Source: Bacteroidia bacterium (GTDB lineage Bacteria; Bacteroidota; Bacteroidia; NS11-12g; UBA9320). From it: 64,000 bases of DNA. A program made the translations under genes and the position numbers. This document shows positions 48,726 to 59,320 of this stretch, piece after piece. The stretch's first letter is position 1. Each line of letters opens with the position of its first letter. The stretch is taken from NCBI GenBank assembly GCA_965216465.1, contig CBDCFW010000006.1, forward strand, positions 832,001 through 896,000, in the 5' to 3' direction. The notes below the pieces were generated by a model that ran no database searches, was not told where the DNA came from, and saw nothing but the letters and a program-made list of their open reading frames with translations.

Positions 48726-49352
48726 TTATTCTTCTGAATTTCCTTCTTCGCCTTCAGCTCCTTCTTCTCCTTCTTCTTCTTCATCAAGACCATCAGCAGC
48801 ACTTTTAGCGGCTCTCGTCACAACACAAGAAACGATTGAATTTGAATCAGAATCAAGCAAATCAAGCTTATCAACTGAGATATCCTTAACTTTAACACTC
48901 TTACCAATTTCAAGATCGTTAATATCAACTTCTATAAATTCAGGTAAGTCAGAAACAAGTCCTGAAACTAATAACTTTTTGATCTTCAATTGTAGCTTAC
49001 CACCGGCTCTTACACCTGGAGAGTTTCCTACGATTTTTACAGGAACGTGGATGCTAACTGGTTGAGCAGTATCGATTTCGTAAAAATCTGCGTGAATAAT
49101 ATCTTCAGAAACAGGGTGGAATTGAAGCTCTTGAATTTTAGCAAGCTTCATGTCGTTACCTACTTCAATTTTAACCAAGTATGTATTTGGTGTATATACC
49201 AAGTTTTTGAAGTCTGCTTGGTATACAGCAAAATGCTTGTTTTCTCCACTTCCGTAGATTACGCAAGGCACTTTACCTTCTTTTCTTAATTGTTTGGTGC
49301 TTGACTTTCCTAGTCCAGCTCTTTCAGCACCTTTTAATGCAATTACTTTCAT
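48726..49352 (-). CDS. rplY: 50S ribosomal protein L25/Ctc
   Basis: LRKEGKVPCVIYG, QFHPV...HADF, acidic tail; follows prs. Confidence 0.96.
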   Translation of the reverse strand: MKVIALKGAERAGLGKSSTKQLRKEGKVPCVIYGSGENKHFAVYQADFKNLVYTPNTYLVKIEVGNDMKLAKIQELQFHPVSEDIIHADFYEIDTAQPVSIHVPVKIVGNSPGVRAGGKLQLKIKKLLVSGLVSDLPEFIEVDINDLEIGKSVKVKDISVDKLDLLDSDSNSIVSCVVTRAAKSAADGLDEEEEGEEGAEGEEGNSEE

Positions 49353-49378
49353 TGTTAATTATTAAAAATCTTTGTTAA

Positions 49379-50350
49379 TTAAATTAAGTTCTTCTGATAC
49401 GAATCGTTGACGTTGAATAGCGAGCTGATTGACCCAAACTCACTTACATTTCTAATGGCGTTTGCAAACAAACTGTCTACGCTCAACATCTTAATTTTCT
49501 TATAGTTTCCTGCTTGAATAGGAATAGTATTACATAATGCTATTTCTTCAAGTACAGAATTTTCTAAATTTTCGTATGCTTTGCCGCTCAATACAGGGTG
49601 GGTACATACGGCTCTTACAGAATTTGCTCCTTCTTCTTTGATTAACGCAGCAGCTTTGCAAAGTGTATTAGCAGTGTCGCAGATATCATCAATTAAAACA
49701 ACATCTTTACCTTTTACATCACCAATAACAGTCATTGAAGCAATTTCATTTGCTCTTTTTCTTGCTTTGTCGCATATTACCATTTCAGCACCTAAGTACT
49801 TAGCAAACTCTCTAACTCTTTTAGTCGCTCCAACGTCTGGGGCTGCAAGAAGAAGGTTGTCAAGTTTTAGACTCTTAATGTAAGGGATAAAAATTACAGT
49901 AGAATCAAGGTGGTCAACTGGGATGTCAAAGAATCCTTGAATTTGTGGAGCGTGTAAGTCCATAGTCATAACACGATCAGCACCAGCAGCAGTCAAAATA
50001 TTAGCTACCATTTTTGAACTGATTGGTACACGAGGCTTGTCTTTTCTATCTTGTCTTGCTAATCCGAAGTAAGGAATTACGGCAACAACTTTATGAGCAG
50101 ATGCACGCTTAGCAGCGTCAATTAGCATCAATAACTCCATTAAGTTGTCGGCAGGAGGGAAGGTAGATTGAACAATAAACACATCACAACCTCTAACAGA
50201 TTCGTCTAATGACGGTTGGAACTCGCCATCACTAAATTTACTTAGTGTAACAGTTCCGCAAGCTTGTCCGTAAGAATTTGCAATTTTTTCTGCGAGATAG
50301 CTCGAAGCCGAGCCAGAAAAGATCTTTACTTTATTTATAAATGATGGCAT
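49379..50350 (-). CDS. prs: Ribose-phosphate pyrophosphokinase
   Basis: FSDGE, PYFGLARQDRK, MDLHAPQIQGFFD, LIDDICDTANT. Confidence 0.97.
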   Translation of the reverse strand: MPSFINKVKIFSGSASSYLAEKIANSYGQACGTVTLSKFSDGEFQPSLDESVRGCDVFIVQSTFPPADNLMELLMLIDAAKRASAHKVVAVIPYFGLARQDRKDKPRVPISSKMVANILTAAGADRVMTMDLHAPQIQGFFDIPVDHLDSTVIFIPYIKSLKLDNLLLAAPDVGATKRVREFAKYLGAEMVICDKARKRANEIASMTVIGDVKGKDVVLIDDICDTANTLCKAAALIKEEGANSVRAVCTHPVLSGKAYENLENSVLEEIALCNTIPIQAGNYKKIKMLSVDSLFANAIRNVSEFGSISSLFNVNDSYQKNLI

Positions 50351-50398
50351 ATCGTTTTACTTTCACCCTACCAAGAGGATTATCATAAACTTTAATTG

Positions 50399-50471
50399 TT
50401 GACCGACCAGGGCTCGAACCTGGACTCTTCTGGACCAAAACCAGACGTGTTGCCAGTTACACCATCGGTCA
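50399..50471 (-). tRNA. tRNA-Gln(TTG)
   Basis: Minus strand TGACCGA TGGTGTAACTGGCAACAC GTCTGG TTTTGGT CCAGA AGAGT CCAGG TTCGAGC CCTGG TCGGTCA A; promoter element TACTTTTG at 50483-50490. Confidence 0.96.
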
Positions 50472-50501
50472 ATTTTGGCCTGCAAAAGTAATATTCATTT
50501 T

Positions 50502-52694
50502 TTAATTTGCAACATCACTCATGAATTGAATTTGAAAAACTTTCATTTCCTCATGAGAGAACTCGCCTCCAAACTCATTTACAGCCTCATCTATGTTGTT
50601 TGTTTCGGTAGATTTAAAGTAATCAAAAATCTCATCTCTACCTTCTTCGTCAATTATATCGTCTATGTAATAATGAAGATCTACTTGAGTTCCGGAGTAT
50701 ACAATTGCTTCGAGTTCGTCGACCAATTCATCGTATTCCATTCCTTGTCCTTTAGCAATATCTTCTAGGGGTACTTTCTTGTCAATGTTCTGAATGATAT
50801 GAATTTTTTTCGCACTTCTGTTCACTATCGACTTAAGTACGAGATCATCTGGACGTTCGATGTTGTTTTCTTCAACATATTGCCCTATCAATTCAACAAA
50901 TGGCTTGCCGAACTTTTTAGCTTTATTTTTTCCAACACCCTGAATGTTTTCCATTTCTGCAATAGTCATTGGAAACTTAAAAGCCATATCCTCTAATGAA
51001 GGTTCCTGGAAAATTACATAGGGTGGAAGTCCCATGCTTTTGGCTACCGTTTTTTGGAGCTCTTTTAGCTTACCAAATAACACTTTATCGTACACAGCTT
51101 CAAGCTGAATTTTTTCAAAATCTTCATCGCTAACTGCATCAAATTCTCGGTCTTGAGCCAATTCTACTGGAGTGGGTTGAGCAAGGTATGCACGACCTTC
51201 ATCACTGATTGATAGTAAGCCATATTGTTCAATGTTTTTAATGATGAGGTTATTTACTTGGGCGAATCGAATAAGCGTTTTCCAAAAATTTGGTCCTTGA
51301 TCTTTGCCTCGTCCATACAACTCATAGGTGTCGTGCTTATATGCTTTTACTTCAGGGGAAGATTTGCCGACGAGAATATCGACGACATGTTTAATATTCA
51401 CCTTGCCGTCGGTAAATTGAATGGTTTTCAATGCATCAACCAACTCGCTTGTTACATCTTGCTTTTCTCGAGGGTTACGACAATTGTCACACATCTTGTT
51501 GCAGTCGTCGGCATCAAAATTCTCCCCAAAATAATGTAAGAGTGATTTTCTTCTGCACTGTGAAGATTCTGCGAAGTAGGCCATTTCGGAAATTAACTGG
51601 GTGCCAATCTCACGTTCAGCTACCGGCTTATCTTTCAAGAATTTTTCAAGCTTTTCAGTGTCTTTAGGATTGTAAAATAACAAGCAATCGCCGTCTAAAC
51701 CGTCTCTACCTGATCTTCCTGTTTCTTGGTAGTAGCCTTCTAACGATTTGGGAACGTCATAATGCACCACAAAACGAACATCAGGCTTGTCGATTCCCAT
51801 TCCGAATGCAATCGTTGCACAGATAACGTCAACATCTTCCATTAAGAACTTATCTTGATTTTGTGCTCGCGTTTTGGCGTCTAAACCTGCATGATAAGGA
51901 AGAGCATTTACGCCGTTAGCTATTAATATATCTGCAACTTCTTCAGTCTTTTTTCTACTTAAACAGTAAACGATTCCGCTTTTGCCTTTTCGTTTATTGA
52001 TAAAAGAAATAAGGTCTTTCATGGTTTGAGCCTTACTTCCTTTGGGCATTACTTCGTAATAGAGGTTTGTTCTGTTAAACGACGATTTGAAAACTTGAGC
52101 ATCAACCATATTCAAGCTCTTTTGAATGTCGAGTTGAACTTTAGGTGTAGCCGTAGCCGTTAGAGCTACCATTGGAACGTCGTCAATTTCTTTAACAATC
52201 TGTTTGATTCGGCGATATTCTGGACGAAAATCATGTCCCCACTCAGAAATGCAGTGTGCCTCATCTACTGCCACAAAGCTCACACGAACAGATCGAAGAA
52301 ATTCAATAGTTTCATCCTTCTTTAACGTTTCGGGAGCTACATAAAGCATTTTGGTATTACCTTGAGCAACATCAGATTTAACTTTTTCTGATTGCGATTT
52401 GGTAAGTGAAGAATTGAGAAAATGAGCAATTGAATCACTTTCTCCAAACCCTCTAATAGAGTCCACTTGGTTTTTCATTAAAGCAATCAAAGGAGAAATG
52501 ATTATTGCTGTACCATCGCTAATTAAAGCAGGTAACTGATAACACAGTGATTTACCAGCTCCGGTAGGCATAATCACAAAACAATCTTTCCCTTCTATTA
52601 TGGTTCTAATAACCTCCTCTTGCATCCCTTTAAAGGAATCAAACCCAAAAAATTCCTTTAAACTAGCTTTTAAATCTAATGCGTCAGTCGCCAT
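50502..52694 (-). CDS. recQ: ATP-dependent DNA helicase RecQ
   Basis: MPTGAGKSLCYQLP, VDEAHCISEWGHDFRP, ATIAFGMGIDKPDVR, RQC Cys cluster, HRDC. Confidence 0.97.
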   Translation of the reverse strand: MATDALDLKASLKEFFGFDSFKGMQEEVIRTIIEGKDCFVIMPTGAGKSLCYQLPALISDGTAIIISPLIALMKNQVDSIRGFGESDSIAHFLNSSLTKSQSEKVKSDVAQGNTKMLYVAPETLKKDETIEFLRSVRVSFVAVDEAHCISEWGHDFRPEYRRIKQIVKEIDDVPMVALTATATPKVQLDIQKSLNMVDAQVFKSSFNRTNLYYEVMPKGSKAQTMKDLISFINKRKGKSGIVYCLSRKKTEEVADILIANGVNALPYHAGLDAKTRAQNQDKFLMEDVDVICATIAFGMGIDKPDVRFVVHYDVPKSLEGYYQETGRSGRDGLDGDCLLFYNPKDTEKLEKFLKDKPVAEREIGTQLISEMAYFAESSQCRRKSLLHYFGENFDADDCNKMCDNCRNPREKQDVTSELVDALKTIQFTDGKVNIKHVVDILVGKSSPEVKAYKHDTYELYGRGKDQGPNFWKTLIRFAQVNNLIIKNIEQYGLLSISDEGRAYLAQPTPVELAQDREFDAVSDEDFEKIQLEAVYDKVLFGKLKELQKTVAKSMGLPPYVIFQEPSLEDMAFKFPMTIAEMENIQGVGKNKAKKFGKPFVELIGQYVEENNIERPDDLVLKSIVNRSAKKIHIIQNIDKKVPLEDIAKGQGMEYDELVDELEAIVYSGTQVDLHYYIDDIIDEEGRDEIFDYFKSTETNNIDEAVNEFGGEFSHEEMKVFQIQFMSDVAN

Positions 52695-52776
52695 TTATCT
52701 GCCTCTCTAAATATTTTTAATAATTGCAGGTCTAATATACTACTTCTTTCCTGATATGCTAAAATAATTTTTTAAT

Positions 52777-53757
52777 TTGCAGTCGATTATCTTGCTTACC
52801 GAAAAAGAAATACTTCAGATTGCTTCAGACACCATTCAACTTGAAAGCAAAAGCCTATCAGAACTGTGCAACAAATTGACCTCGAGCTTTGTTCAGGTCG
52901 TTAATTTAATTGACAAATCAAACGGTCGTGTTGTAGTTACTGGAATAGGAAAAAGTGCAATTGTGGGCCAAAAAATTGTGGCAACATTAAACAGCACTGG
53001 AACACCAGCTTTGTTCATGCACGCAGCAGATGCAATTCATGGTGATTTAGGCATGATTCAAAAAGACGATGTAGTTATTTGCATCTCAAAAAGTGGTGAA
53101 AGTCCTGAAATAAAAGCACTAGTACCATTATTAAAATCAGGAGGCAATAAGCTTGTTGGGATGGTAGGAAATCTAAATTCCTATTTAAGTACCAACAGCG
53201 ATTATGTGTTAGATACAACTGTCGATAAAGAAGCTTGCCCTAACAATCTTGCTCCGACCACAAGTACCACTGCTCAAATGGCTATGGGAGATGCCTTGGC
53301 AGTAGTGCTTATCAGCTCTAAAAATTTTAAATCTGAAGATTTTGCACGTTATCATCCAGGAGGTGCATTAGGTAAAAAACTGTACTTAAAACTGGCTGAT
53401 TTAGCTCGAGAAAATAGCAAACCAAGCGTTTCACTTACAGCTGAACTCTCTGATTGCATTTTAGCTATTAGCAAGTCGCGACTAGGTGTAACCGTTGTAG
53501 AAGATCAAAATGAAGTCGTTGGTATTATTACCGATGGTGATTTAAGAAGAATGCTTACCAATCAGAAAGATTGGGGCAATCTTGTAGCAAAAGACATTAT
53601 GACCAAAAATCCAAAAACGTTGTCAGAAAATACGATGGCAGTCGATGGAGTGTCATTTATTAAAGAACATAAGATTAATCATATCATATTAACAGATGAA
53701 GGTGCGTTAAAAGGCATTGTTCACATTCAAGATTTGATTAGAGAGGGACTTATATGA
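52777..53757 (+). CDS. kdsD: Arabinose-5-phosphate isomerase (KpsF/GutQ, SIS plus CBS)
   Basis: GIGKS, HGDLG, APTTST, HPGGALG, GIITDGDLRR; exact start uncertain. Confidence 0.93.
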   Translation: MQSIILLTEKEILQIASDTIQLESKSLSELCNKLTSSFVQVVNLIDKSNGRVVVTGIGKSAIVGQKIVATLNSTGTPALFMHAADAIHGDLGMIQKDDVVICISKSGESPEIKALVPLLKSGGNKLVGMVGNLNSYLSTNSDYVLDTTVDKEACPNNLAPTTSTTAQMAMGDALAVVLISSKNFKSEDFARYHPGGALGKKLYLKLADLARENSKPSVSLTAELSDCILAISKSRLGVTVVEDQNEVVGIITDGDLRRMLTNQKDWGNLVAKDIMTKNPKTLSENTMAVDGVSFIKEHKINHIILTDEGALKGIVHIQDLIREGLI

Positions 53758-54839
53758 AGAAAATGAAGCATACGTACGTACTGATTCTAGCGGGTGGAAT
53801 TGGAAGCCGGTTTTGGCCTATTAGCCGAGAAAAAAAACCAAAACAATTTCTCGATATTCTGGGTACAGGACGAACACTAATTCAAGAAGCATTTACCCGA
53901 TATAGCAAGCTGGCTGACAAGGAAAATATTTATGTAATTACTAATGAACGCTATGTTTCACTAGTGGCGGAGCAACTTCCAGAACTTGCAAAAGATCAAA
54001 TACTGGGAGAGCCTTATGGGAAAAATACAGCGGCTTGCGTAGCCTACGCAGCTCATAAAATATCTGAACTATCCGATGAAGGAATTTTAATTGTTGCACC
54101 AAGTGACCATTTAATATTGGATGAAACCACCTTCATCAATCAAATGCACAGGGCTCAAAACTTTGCAAAAGAGAATGATGCCCTAATTACCTTAGGTATT
54201 AAACCGCATCGCCCTGACACTGGCTACGGTTACATTCAGTTTAAAGAGAAGGAGATTAAAGATGGGGTTAATAAGGTAGTTACCTTTACAGAAAAACCAC
54301 CTTTAGACCTCGCAAAGAAGTTTTTGGAAAGCGGTGACTTCCTGTGGAACTCAGGAATGTTTATTTGGAGCATTTCAAGTATTATGAAAGCCTTAAATGA
54401 GCACTTGCCCGAAATGAGCTTGGTTTTTGCAGAAGGCAAAGGAGCATACAACACTTCAATAGAAGCCCAACACGTAGAGCGAATCTACAGCCAAATAAAT
54501 AGCATCTCAATAGATAATGGGGTTCTTGAAAAGGCAGAAAACGTGTATGTACTCCCATCTGACTTTGGTTGGAGTGATTTAGGAACTTGGAAAAGCGTTA
54601 ATGAACAAATAGAACCCAAAGAAAATAACTCATCACTAAATGCAATCTTGCATGCAACCAATGCTAAGGATAATTTGGTGGTAACTCAGCAAGAGAAATT
54701 AGTTGTACTTAAAGATTTAGATGGCTACTTTGTAATTGACACAGACGATGCTTTACTTATTTGTAAATCTGATCAAGAGCAAGAAATAAAGAAAATAGCG
54801 TCTGAGATTAAGAAAAAGTACAACAAACGCTTTGGTTAA
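53754..54839 (+). CDS. manC: Mannose-1-phosphate guanylyltransferase
   Basis: LAGGIGSRFWP.SR..PKQF, KNTA, PSDH, TGYGYI, WNSGMF, WSDLGTW. Confidence 0.93.
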   Translation: MKKMKHTYVLILAGGIGSRFWPISREKKPKQFLDILGTGRTLIQEAFTRYSKLADKENIYVITNERYVSLVAEQLPELAKDQILGEPYGKNTAACVAYAAHKISELSDEGILIVAPSDHLILDETTFINQMHRAQNFAKENDALITLGIKPHRPDTGYGYIQFKEKEIKDGVNKVVTFTEKPPLDLAKKFLESGDFLWNSGMFIWSISSIMKALNEHLPEMSLVFAEGKGAYNTSIEAQHVERIYSQINSISIDNGVLEKAENVYVLPSDFGWSDLGTWKSVNEQIEPKENNSSLNAILHATNAKDNLVVTQQEKLVVLKDLDGYFVIDTDDALLICKSDQEQEIKKIASEIKKKYNKRFG

Positions 54840-55995
54840 AAAATCGAGATTAGCATACTTATGGGTTTTTCTTCTTGCACTCTTTTCGTTTAAAGAGTCA
54901 AATCTGAATATTGATTCTGATCAGAATCAATTGATCAACCATGAAATCTTGAACTCTTTTTACAATCAACTTGATTCGTTAGTTGAACACGCTGATCGTA
55001 AAGTTTCTATAGTTCATATTGGAGATTCGCACATTCAAGCAGATTATCTAACAGGTACAGCAAGAAAGAACTTCCAACAGCATTTTGGAAATGGGGGCCG
55101 TGGATTTGTGTTTCCATATCGAATTGCTCGTAGTGGAGGAGCCATAGATGTTAAATTTAGCCATACGGGATCTTGGGAATACTGTGAGGTCATGCGGAAG
55201 TATGCCTATTGCGATTTAGGAGTCTCTGGTTATGCTGTTTCTCCAATTGATAATTGCTCTGTGCACATAGATGTAATTTCTAAGGCAGTTTCGAATGCTT
55301 CATTCAATAAGATAACGGTTTTGGATAATGAAGACATTTATGTTCCAACAGCTGCAAATGGATCATATCAGATCGATACAACTGGTGAAAGTACAGTGAT
55401 TGTATTCGATAAATTTCAAGATACTATAGACTTGGCTCCTTTACAATCGAACCAGCACGCACAACTAGAAGGGTTAATATTGGAGAATGGGCAACCAGGA
55501 GTGCTTTATCACGCTATGGGTGTTAATGGATCGAGCACATTGCAATATTTACGGAGCAAAACATTTGAGCATGACATAGCTGAGTTAAATGCCAATCTGG
55601 TTATTATCTCATTCGGAACGAATGATTGCTACCTGCCGAGATCTCGATTTTGTCAACATTGCATCAAAGACCGGTACAAGACCATGATTTCTCGAATCAG
55701 GTCTCAGAATCCCAATGTTGCAATTTTAATCACTACTCCCCCTGATCATTATTACTACCGACGATATCCGAATAAGAATATTAAACTTTTAAGAGATGCC
55801 TTAGTAGAAATGGCAAATGAAGAAAATGTTGCGGTTTGGGACCTTTATGGGGTAATGGGAGGAGAGAACTCAATTCGCAGTTGGTACAACGAAAGTTTGG
55901 CAAGAAGAGACCTCATTCATTTCACCAAAGAGGGATATTACAAGCAAGGGGATTTATTGTTTGAAGCTATAATGCACCATTATCAAGAACGCTAA
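54832..55995 (+). CDS. Exported SGNH/GDSL hydrolase-fold protein (PatB-like O-acetyltransferase partner)
   Basis: HIGDSH, GVNG, FGTND, DLIHFT; adjacent to an MBOAT gene. Confidence 0.85.
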   Translation: MVKKSRLAYLWVFLLALFSFKESNLNIDSDQNQLINHEILNSFYNQLDSLVEHADRKVSIVHIGDSHIQADYLTGTARKNFQQHFGNGGRGFVFPYRIARSGGAIDVKFSHTGSWEYCEVMRKYAYCDLGVSGYAVSPIDNCSVHIDVISKAVSNASFNKITVLDNEDIYVPTAANGSYQIDTTGESTVIVFDKFQDTIDLAPLQSNQHAQLEGLILENGQPGVLYHAMGVNGSSTLQYLRSKTFEHDIAELNANLVIISFGTNDCYLPRSRFCQHCIKDRYKTMISRIRSQNPNVAILITTPPDHYYYRRYPNKNIKLLRDALVEMANEENVAVWDLYGVMGGENSIRSWYNESLARRDLIHFTKEGYYKQGDLLFEAIMHHYQER

Positions 55996-57503
55996 TGTTG
56001 AGTTTAGATCAAATATTCAACTATTCTGAAAAGCACCCGTTGCTGTTCAACCAATACCTCTTCCTTTTGCTATTTACAGTAATGTTCGCAGGCTATACTC
56101 TGGTTCATAAAAGGGTAAGGCTACGTAACTTCTATTTGCTCATTTTTAGCTTATTCTTTTACTATAAAAGCAGCGGCTTATACTTCTTCCTGTTGCTGTT
56201 CAGTACTGTTGTTGATTATGGATGTGGATATGGCATATTCTTATCAAAAAATCAGCTTGGTAAGCGGTTATATTTATTGCTCAGTGTGTTTGTAAACCTA
56301 GGAATGCTTGCCTTCTTTAAGTATTCTTACTTTTTCGTGGATATTATAAACTCCTCGTTCGATACAAGCTTTAAAGCCGTAAATTTCTTGGCGGTTTTTG
56401 CTAATGAATCACTCGGTGCTAGCTTCAATATAAATGAGATATTTTTACCCGTTGGTATATCGTTCTACACGTTTCAAACCCTAAGCTACAGCATTGATAT
56501 TTATCGCGAGAAGATTAAACCGTGTGGCAACATATTTGACTTTGCCTTCTTCGTTTCTTTCTTTCCGCAACTTGTGGCAGGGCCAATTGTAAGAGCTTCC
56601 GAATTTTTACCCCAAATCAAAAGGCCCTATTACTTAAGTAAGAGTGGTTTTGGAATCGCTGTCTTTCTCATAATGACAGGTTTAATCAAGAAGGTTGTAA
56701 TTAGTGATTACATCAGTGTAAATTTTGTTGATCGTGTATTTGATACTCCAGATTTATATAGTGGATTCATGAATCTGATGGCGGTGTATGGATACTCTAT
56801 ACAAATCTATTGTGACTTTTCAGGCTATTCTGATATGGCCATCGGACTGGCTGCATTACTAGGCTTTAAATTGCCCATAAACTTTAACAGTCCGTACAAA
56901 GCCAGAAACATTACAGACTTTTGGAGAAGATGGCACATTTCACTGTCTACATGGCTGCGAGATTATCTTTACATTTCGTTAGGAGGAAATCGAAAAGGAA
57001 AGATTAGAACATATTTTAACTTGTTCATTACCATGTTGCTGGGAGGACTTTGGCACGGGGCTGCCCTGAAGTTTATTATATGGGGCGGATTGCACGGTGT
57101 AGCATTGGCCATTCACAAACTTTGGATGCGTTTCTCAAACTTTTCGTTGGGTCGACCTGGCAGGGTTCTGAGCGTGATTTTTACATTCCATTTTGTGGCT
57201 TTTTGTTGGCTTTATTTTAGAGCCTCAGATGTTCCTACCGTTAAAGCTATGTTGAACAACATATTTTTTGATTTTGATTGGTTCGGGGTAACAGAGCGCG
57301 TAGTGGCCTACTGGAAAGTATTTGCTTTAATTGTACTAGGATTTGTTCTTCACCTCTTGCCTAACAATTTGAAAAACAGAGTTCAATGGTGGTTTACAGA
57401 GTCGCCAATGTATGTTAAGGTAATGGTGTTTGTTATTGTTGTGTTTGCAACATTTCAAGCAACTGTTGCTGGCATACAACCATTTATTTACTTCCAGTTT
57501 TAA
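55995..57503 (+). CDS. MBOAT O-acyltransferase (AlgI/PatA/DltB family)
   Basis: LPVGISFYTFQ, FFPQLVAGPI, YCDFSGYSDMAIG, FWRRWHISLS.WLRDYLY, GLWHGA. Confidence 0.95.
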   Translation: MLSLDQIFNYSEKHPLLFNQYLFLLLFTVMFAGYTLVHKRVRLRNFYLLIFSLFFYYKSSGLYFFLLLFSTVVDYGCGYGIFLSKNQLGKRLYLLLSVFVNLGMLAFFKYSYFFVDIINSSFDTSFKAVNFLAVFANESLGASFNINEIFLPVGISFYTFQTLSYSIDIYREKIKPCGNIFDFAFFVSFFPQLVAGPIVRASEFLPQIKRPYYLSKSGFGIAVFLIMTGLIKKVVISDYISVNFVDRVFDTPDLYSGFMNLMAVYGYSIQIYCDFSGYSDMAIGLAALLGFKLPINFNSPYKARNITDFWRRWHISLSTWLRDYLYISLGGNRKGKIRTYFNLFITMLLGGLWHGAALKFIIWGGLHGVALAIHKLWMRFSNFSLGRPGRVLSVIFTFHFVAFCWLYFRASDVPTVKAMLNNIFFDFDWFGVTERVVAYWKVFALIVLGFVLHLLPNNLKNRVQWWFTESPMYVKVMVFVIVVFATFQATVAGIQPFIYFQF

Positions 57504-57816
57504 GCTTTTTCCTGAGCCATACTTTCTGAAAAACGCGATTCCAACAAAGCTTCGATAAGTCTTCAAAATAGTTTGCAGTAGTACCTAGTTTCGACTCGTC
57601 AATATCGATGCGATAAATCAGGTTTGTTAGAAGCCCCATTTGATCAATGTTTTGCAATTCTCGTTTTAGTTCAGCAATTAATCCTAGAGCACTGTTTGAT
57701 TGAAAGTCGTAAGATGTTCCTGCCATTAGAATGTCTTTTTGCATTTGGTCAACCACATCTTGTAAATCTAAGGGATTGATGGATTGAAATTCTATGTCGT
57801 TATTTGTCTCAAGCAA
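57484..57816 (-). CDS. Conserved hypothetical protein
   Basis: 110-aa ORF with QMQKD, LIYRIDI and R..QKV.LR patterns seen in small Bacteroidota proteins. Confidence 0.6.
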   Translation of the reverse strand: MLETNNDIEFQSINPLDLQDVVDQMQKDILMAGTSYDFQSNSALGLIAELKRELQNIDQMGLLTNLIYRIDIDESKLGTTANYFEDLSKLCWNRVFQKVWLRKKLKTGSK

Positions 57817-57822
57817 AACGTT

Positions 57823-58404
57823 ATGGTAAAAGTAGTGTATAGCCCAAATGATGGCAAGAAAAGATGCGAATGGTGTTTAAAAGATGACCTCTATGTTCGG
57901 TACCACGATGAAGAATGGGGTGAAGTGTCTCATAACGATCATCATCTTTTCGAACACCTCATTCTAGAAACCTTTCAAGCAGGGTTGAGCTGGTATACTA
58001 TTCTTAAGAAAAGAGAAAACTTTAGAGCAGCTTTTGATCAATTTGATGCTCAAAAAATGGCAGCCTACGGAGAAGACAAGATTCAAGAGCTACTCCAAAA
58101 TGCAGGAATCATTCGAAGTAGGGCTAAAATTGAAGCAGCCATAAACAATGCAAAGGTTTACCTACAACTACAAGAAGAATTTGGAAGTTTCGACAAGTAC
58201 ATCTGGCAATTCACAAATTATAAAACCTTAAAATTTACCATAAAATCATGGGCCGATGTACGCACCACTACCCCCGAAAGCCATGCTATGAGCAAAGACA
58301 TGAAGAAAAGGGGATTCAAATTTGTTGGAAGCACAACTTGCATGGCCTATATGGAGGCTGTTGGTATGGTTAGTGACCATTTTCACGACTGCTGGAAAGC
58401 TTAA
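57823..58404 (+). CDS. tag: DNA-3-methyladenine glycosylase I
   Basis: RCEW, YHDEEWG, LETFQAGLSW, KKRENFR, GFKFVG, DH..C; ATG at 57823. Confidence 0.95.
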   Translation: MVKVVYSPNDGKKRCEWCLKDDLYVRYHDEEWGEVSHNDHHLFEHLILETFQAGLSWYTILKKRENFRAAFDQFDAQKMAAYGEDKIQELLQNAGIIRSRAKIEAAINNAKVYLQLQEEFGSFDKYIWQFTNYKTLKFTIKSWADVRTTTPESHAMSKDMKKRGFKFVGSTTCMAYMEAVGMVSDHFHDCWKA

Positions 58405-58463
58405 AATCAGAAATCTTTATTCTCGGCATTTACCTTTTTTGGACATGAGGTATTGACTAGTAA

Positions 58464-59309
58464 GTGAACAAAAACTTAGTGTCAAATTTTTCAACAGAAC
58501 TAAATGATCCGAGGTATTTCCAGATATTTTACCTCGGGTCGTTTTTATGCTATGGAATTCTCTTTCTTGATTGGAGTCTAGCCATAACTAACTATGCTAC
58601 TATTTTTTTGGCCGCTACAGCTACGCAGCTCTTTTTCGCTCATTTCACCACGAAAAAATATTCGTCTATTAAAAGTGGATTGATAACCGCATTGGGTCTA
58701 TGCCTTTTACTAAAAATGCAAAGCCCTTGGGTCGGAGGATTAGCCGCGGTTATTGCCATAGCAAGCAAGTTTCTAATTAGAAAGAAAAACAAACATATTT
58801 TCAATCCAGCTAACATTGGCATTGTTGCTGCTATTGTGCTTACAGGACAAGCCTGGGTTAGCCCAGGGCAATGGGGTAGCAATGTTGTATTGTGGTTTTT
58901 TATTGGTTCGGCTGGATTGATGATGATCTTAAAAGTTGGGAGATTGGATACTGCTATTTCGTTTCTCCTAACTTTTGGGACATTACTCTTCTTACGTCAA
59001 GTAGTTTATTTGGGATGGGAACCTTCTGTTTGGCTTCATAAAATGAGCAACGGAACATTGCTTTTGTTCGCATTTTTTATGATTACAGACCCCATGACAA
59101 CACCAAATCACCCTAAAGCTCGAATCATTTGGGCAAGTATAATCGGTATTGCACTTTTCATTGTCTCGAACTTTTTGTATATGCAAAGTGCTGCAATCTG
59201 GATTCTCTTCATTATTAGTCCTTTTACAGTCTTATTCGACCGAATTTTTAAAGGGGTGAAATATGAATGGACTCAAAATCAATCGAAGCAAAGTTTACCC
59301 TCAAATTAA
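58464..59309 (+). CDS. RnfD/NqrB-like polytopic membrane protein (stand-alone)
   Basis: DPRYFQ, SKF...HIFNPAN, FFMITDPMTTP. Confidence 0.8.
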   Translation: MNKNLVSNFSTELNDPRYFQIFYLGSFLCYGILFLDWSLAITNYATIFLAATATQLFFAHFTTKKYSSIKSGLITALGLCLLLKMQSPWVGGLAAVIAIASKFLIRKKNKHIFNPANIGIVAAIVLTGQAWVSPGQWGSNVVLWFFIGSAGLMMILKVGRLDTAISFLLTFGTLLFLRQVVYLGWEPSVWLHKMSNGTLLLFAFFMITDPMTTPNHPKARIIWASIIGIALFIVSNFLYMQSAAIWILFIISPFTVLFDRIFKGVKYEWTQNQSKQSLPSN

Positions 59310-59320
59310 AAAATAGTATT

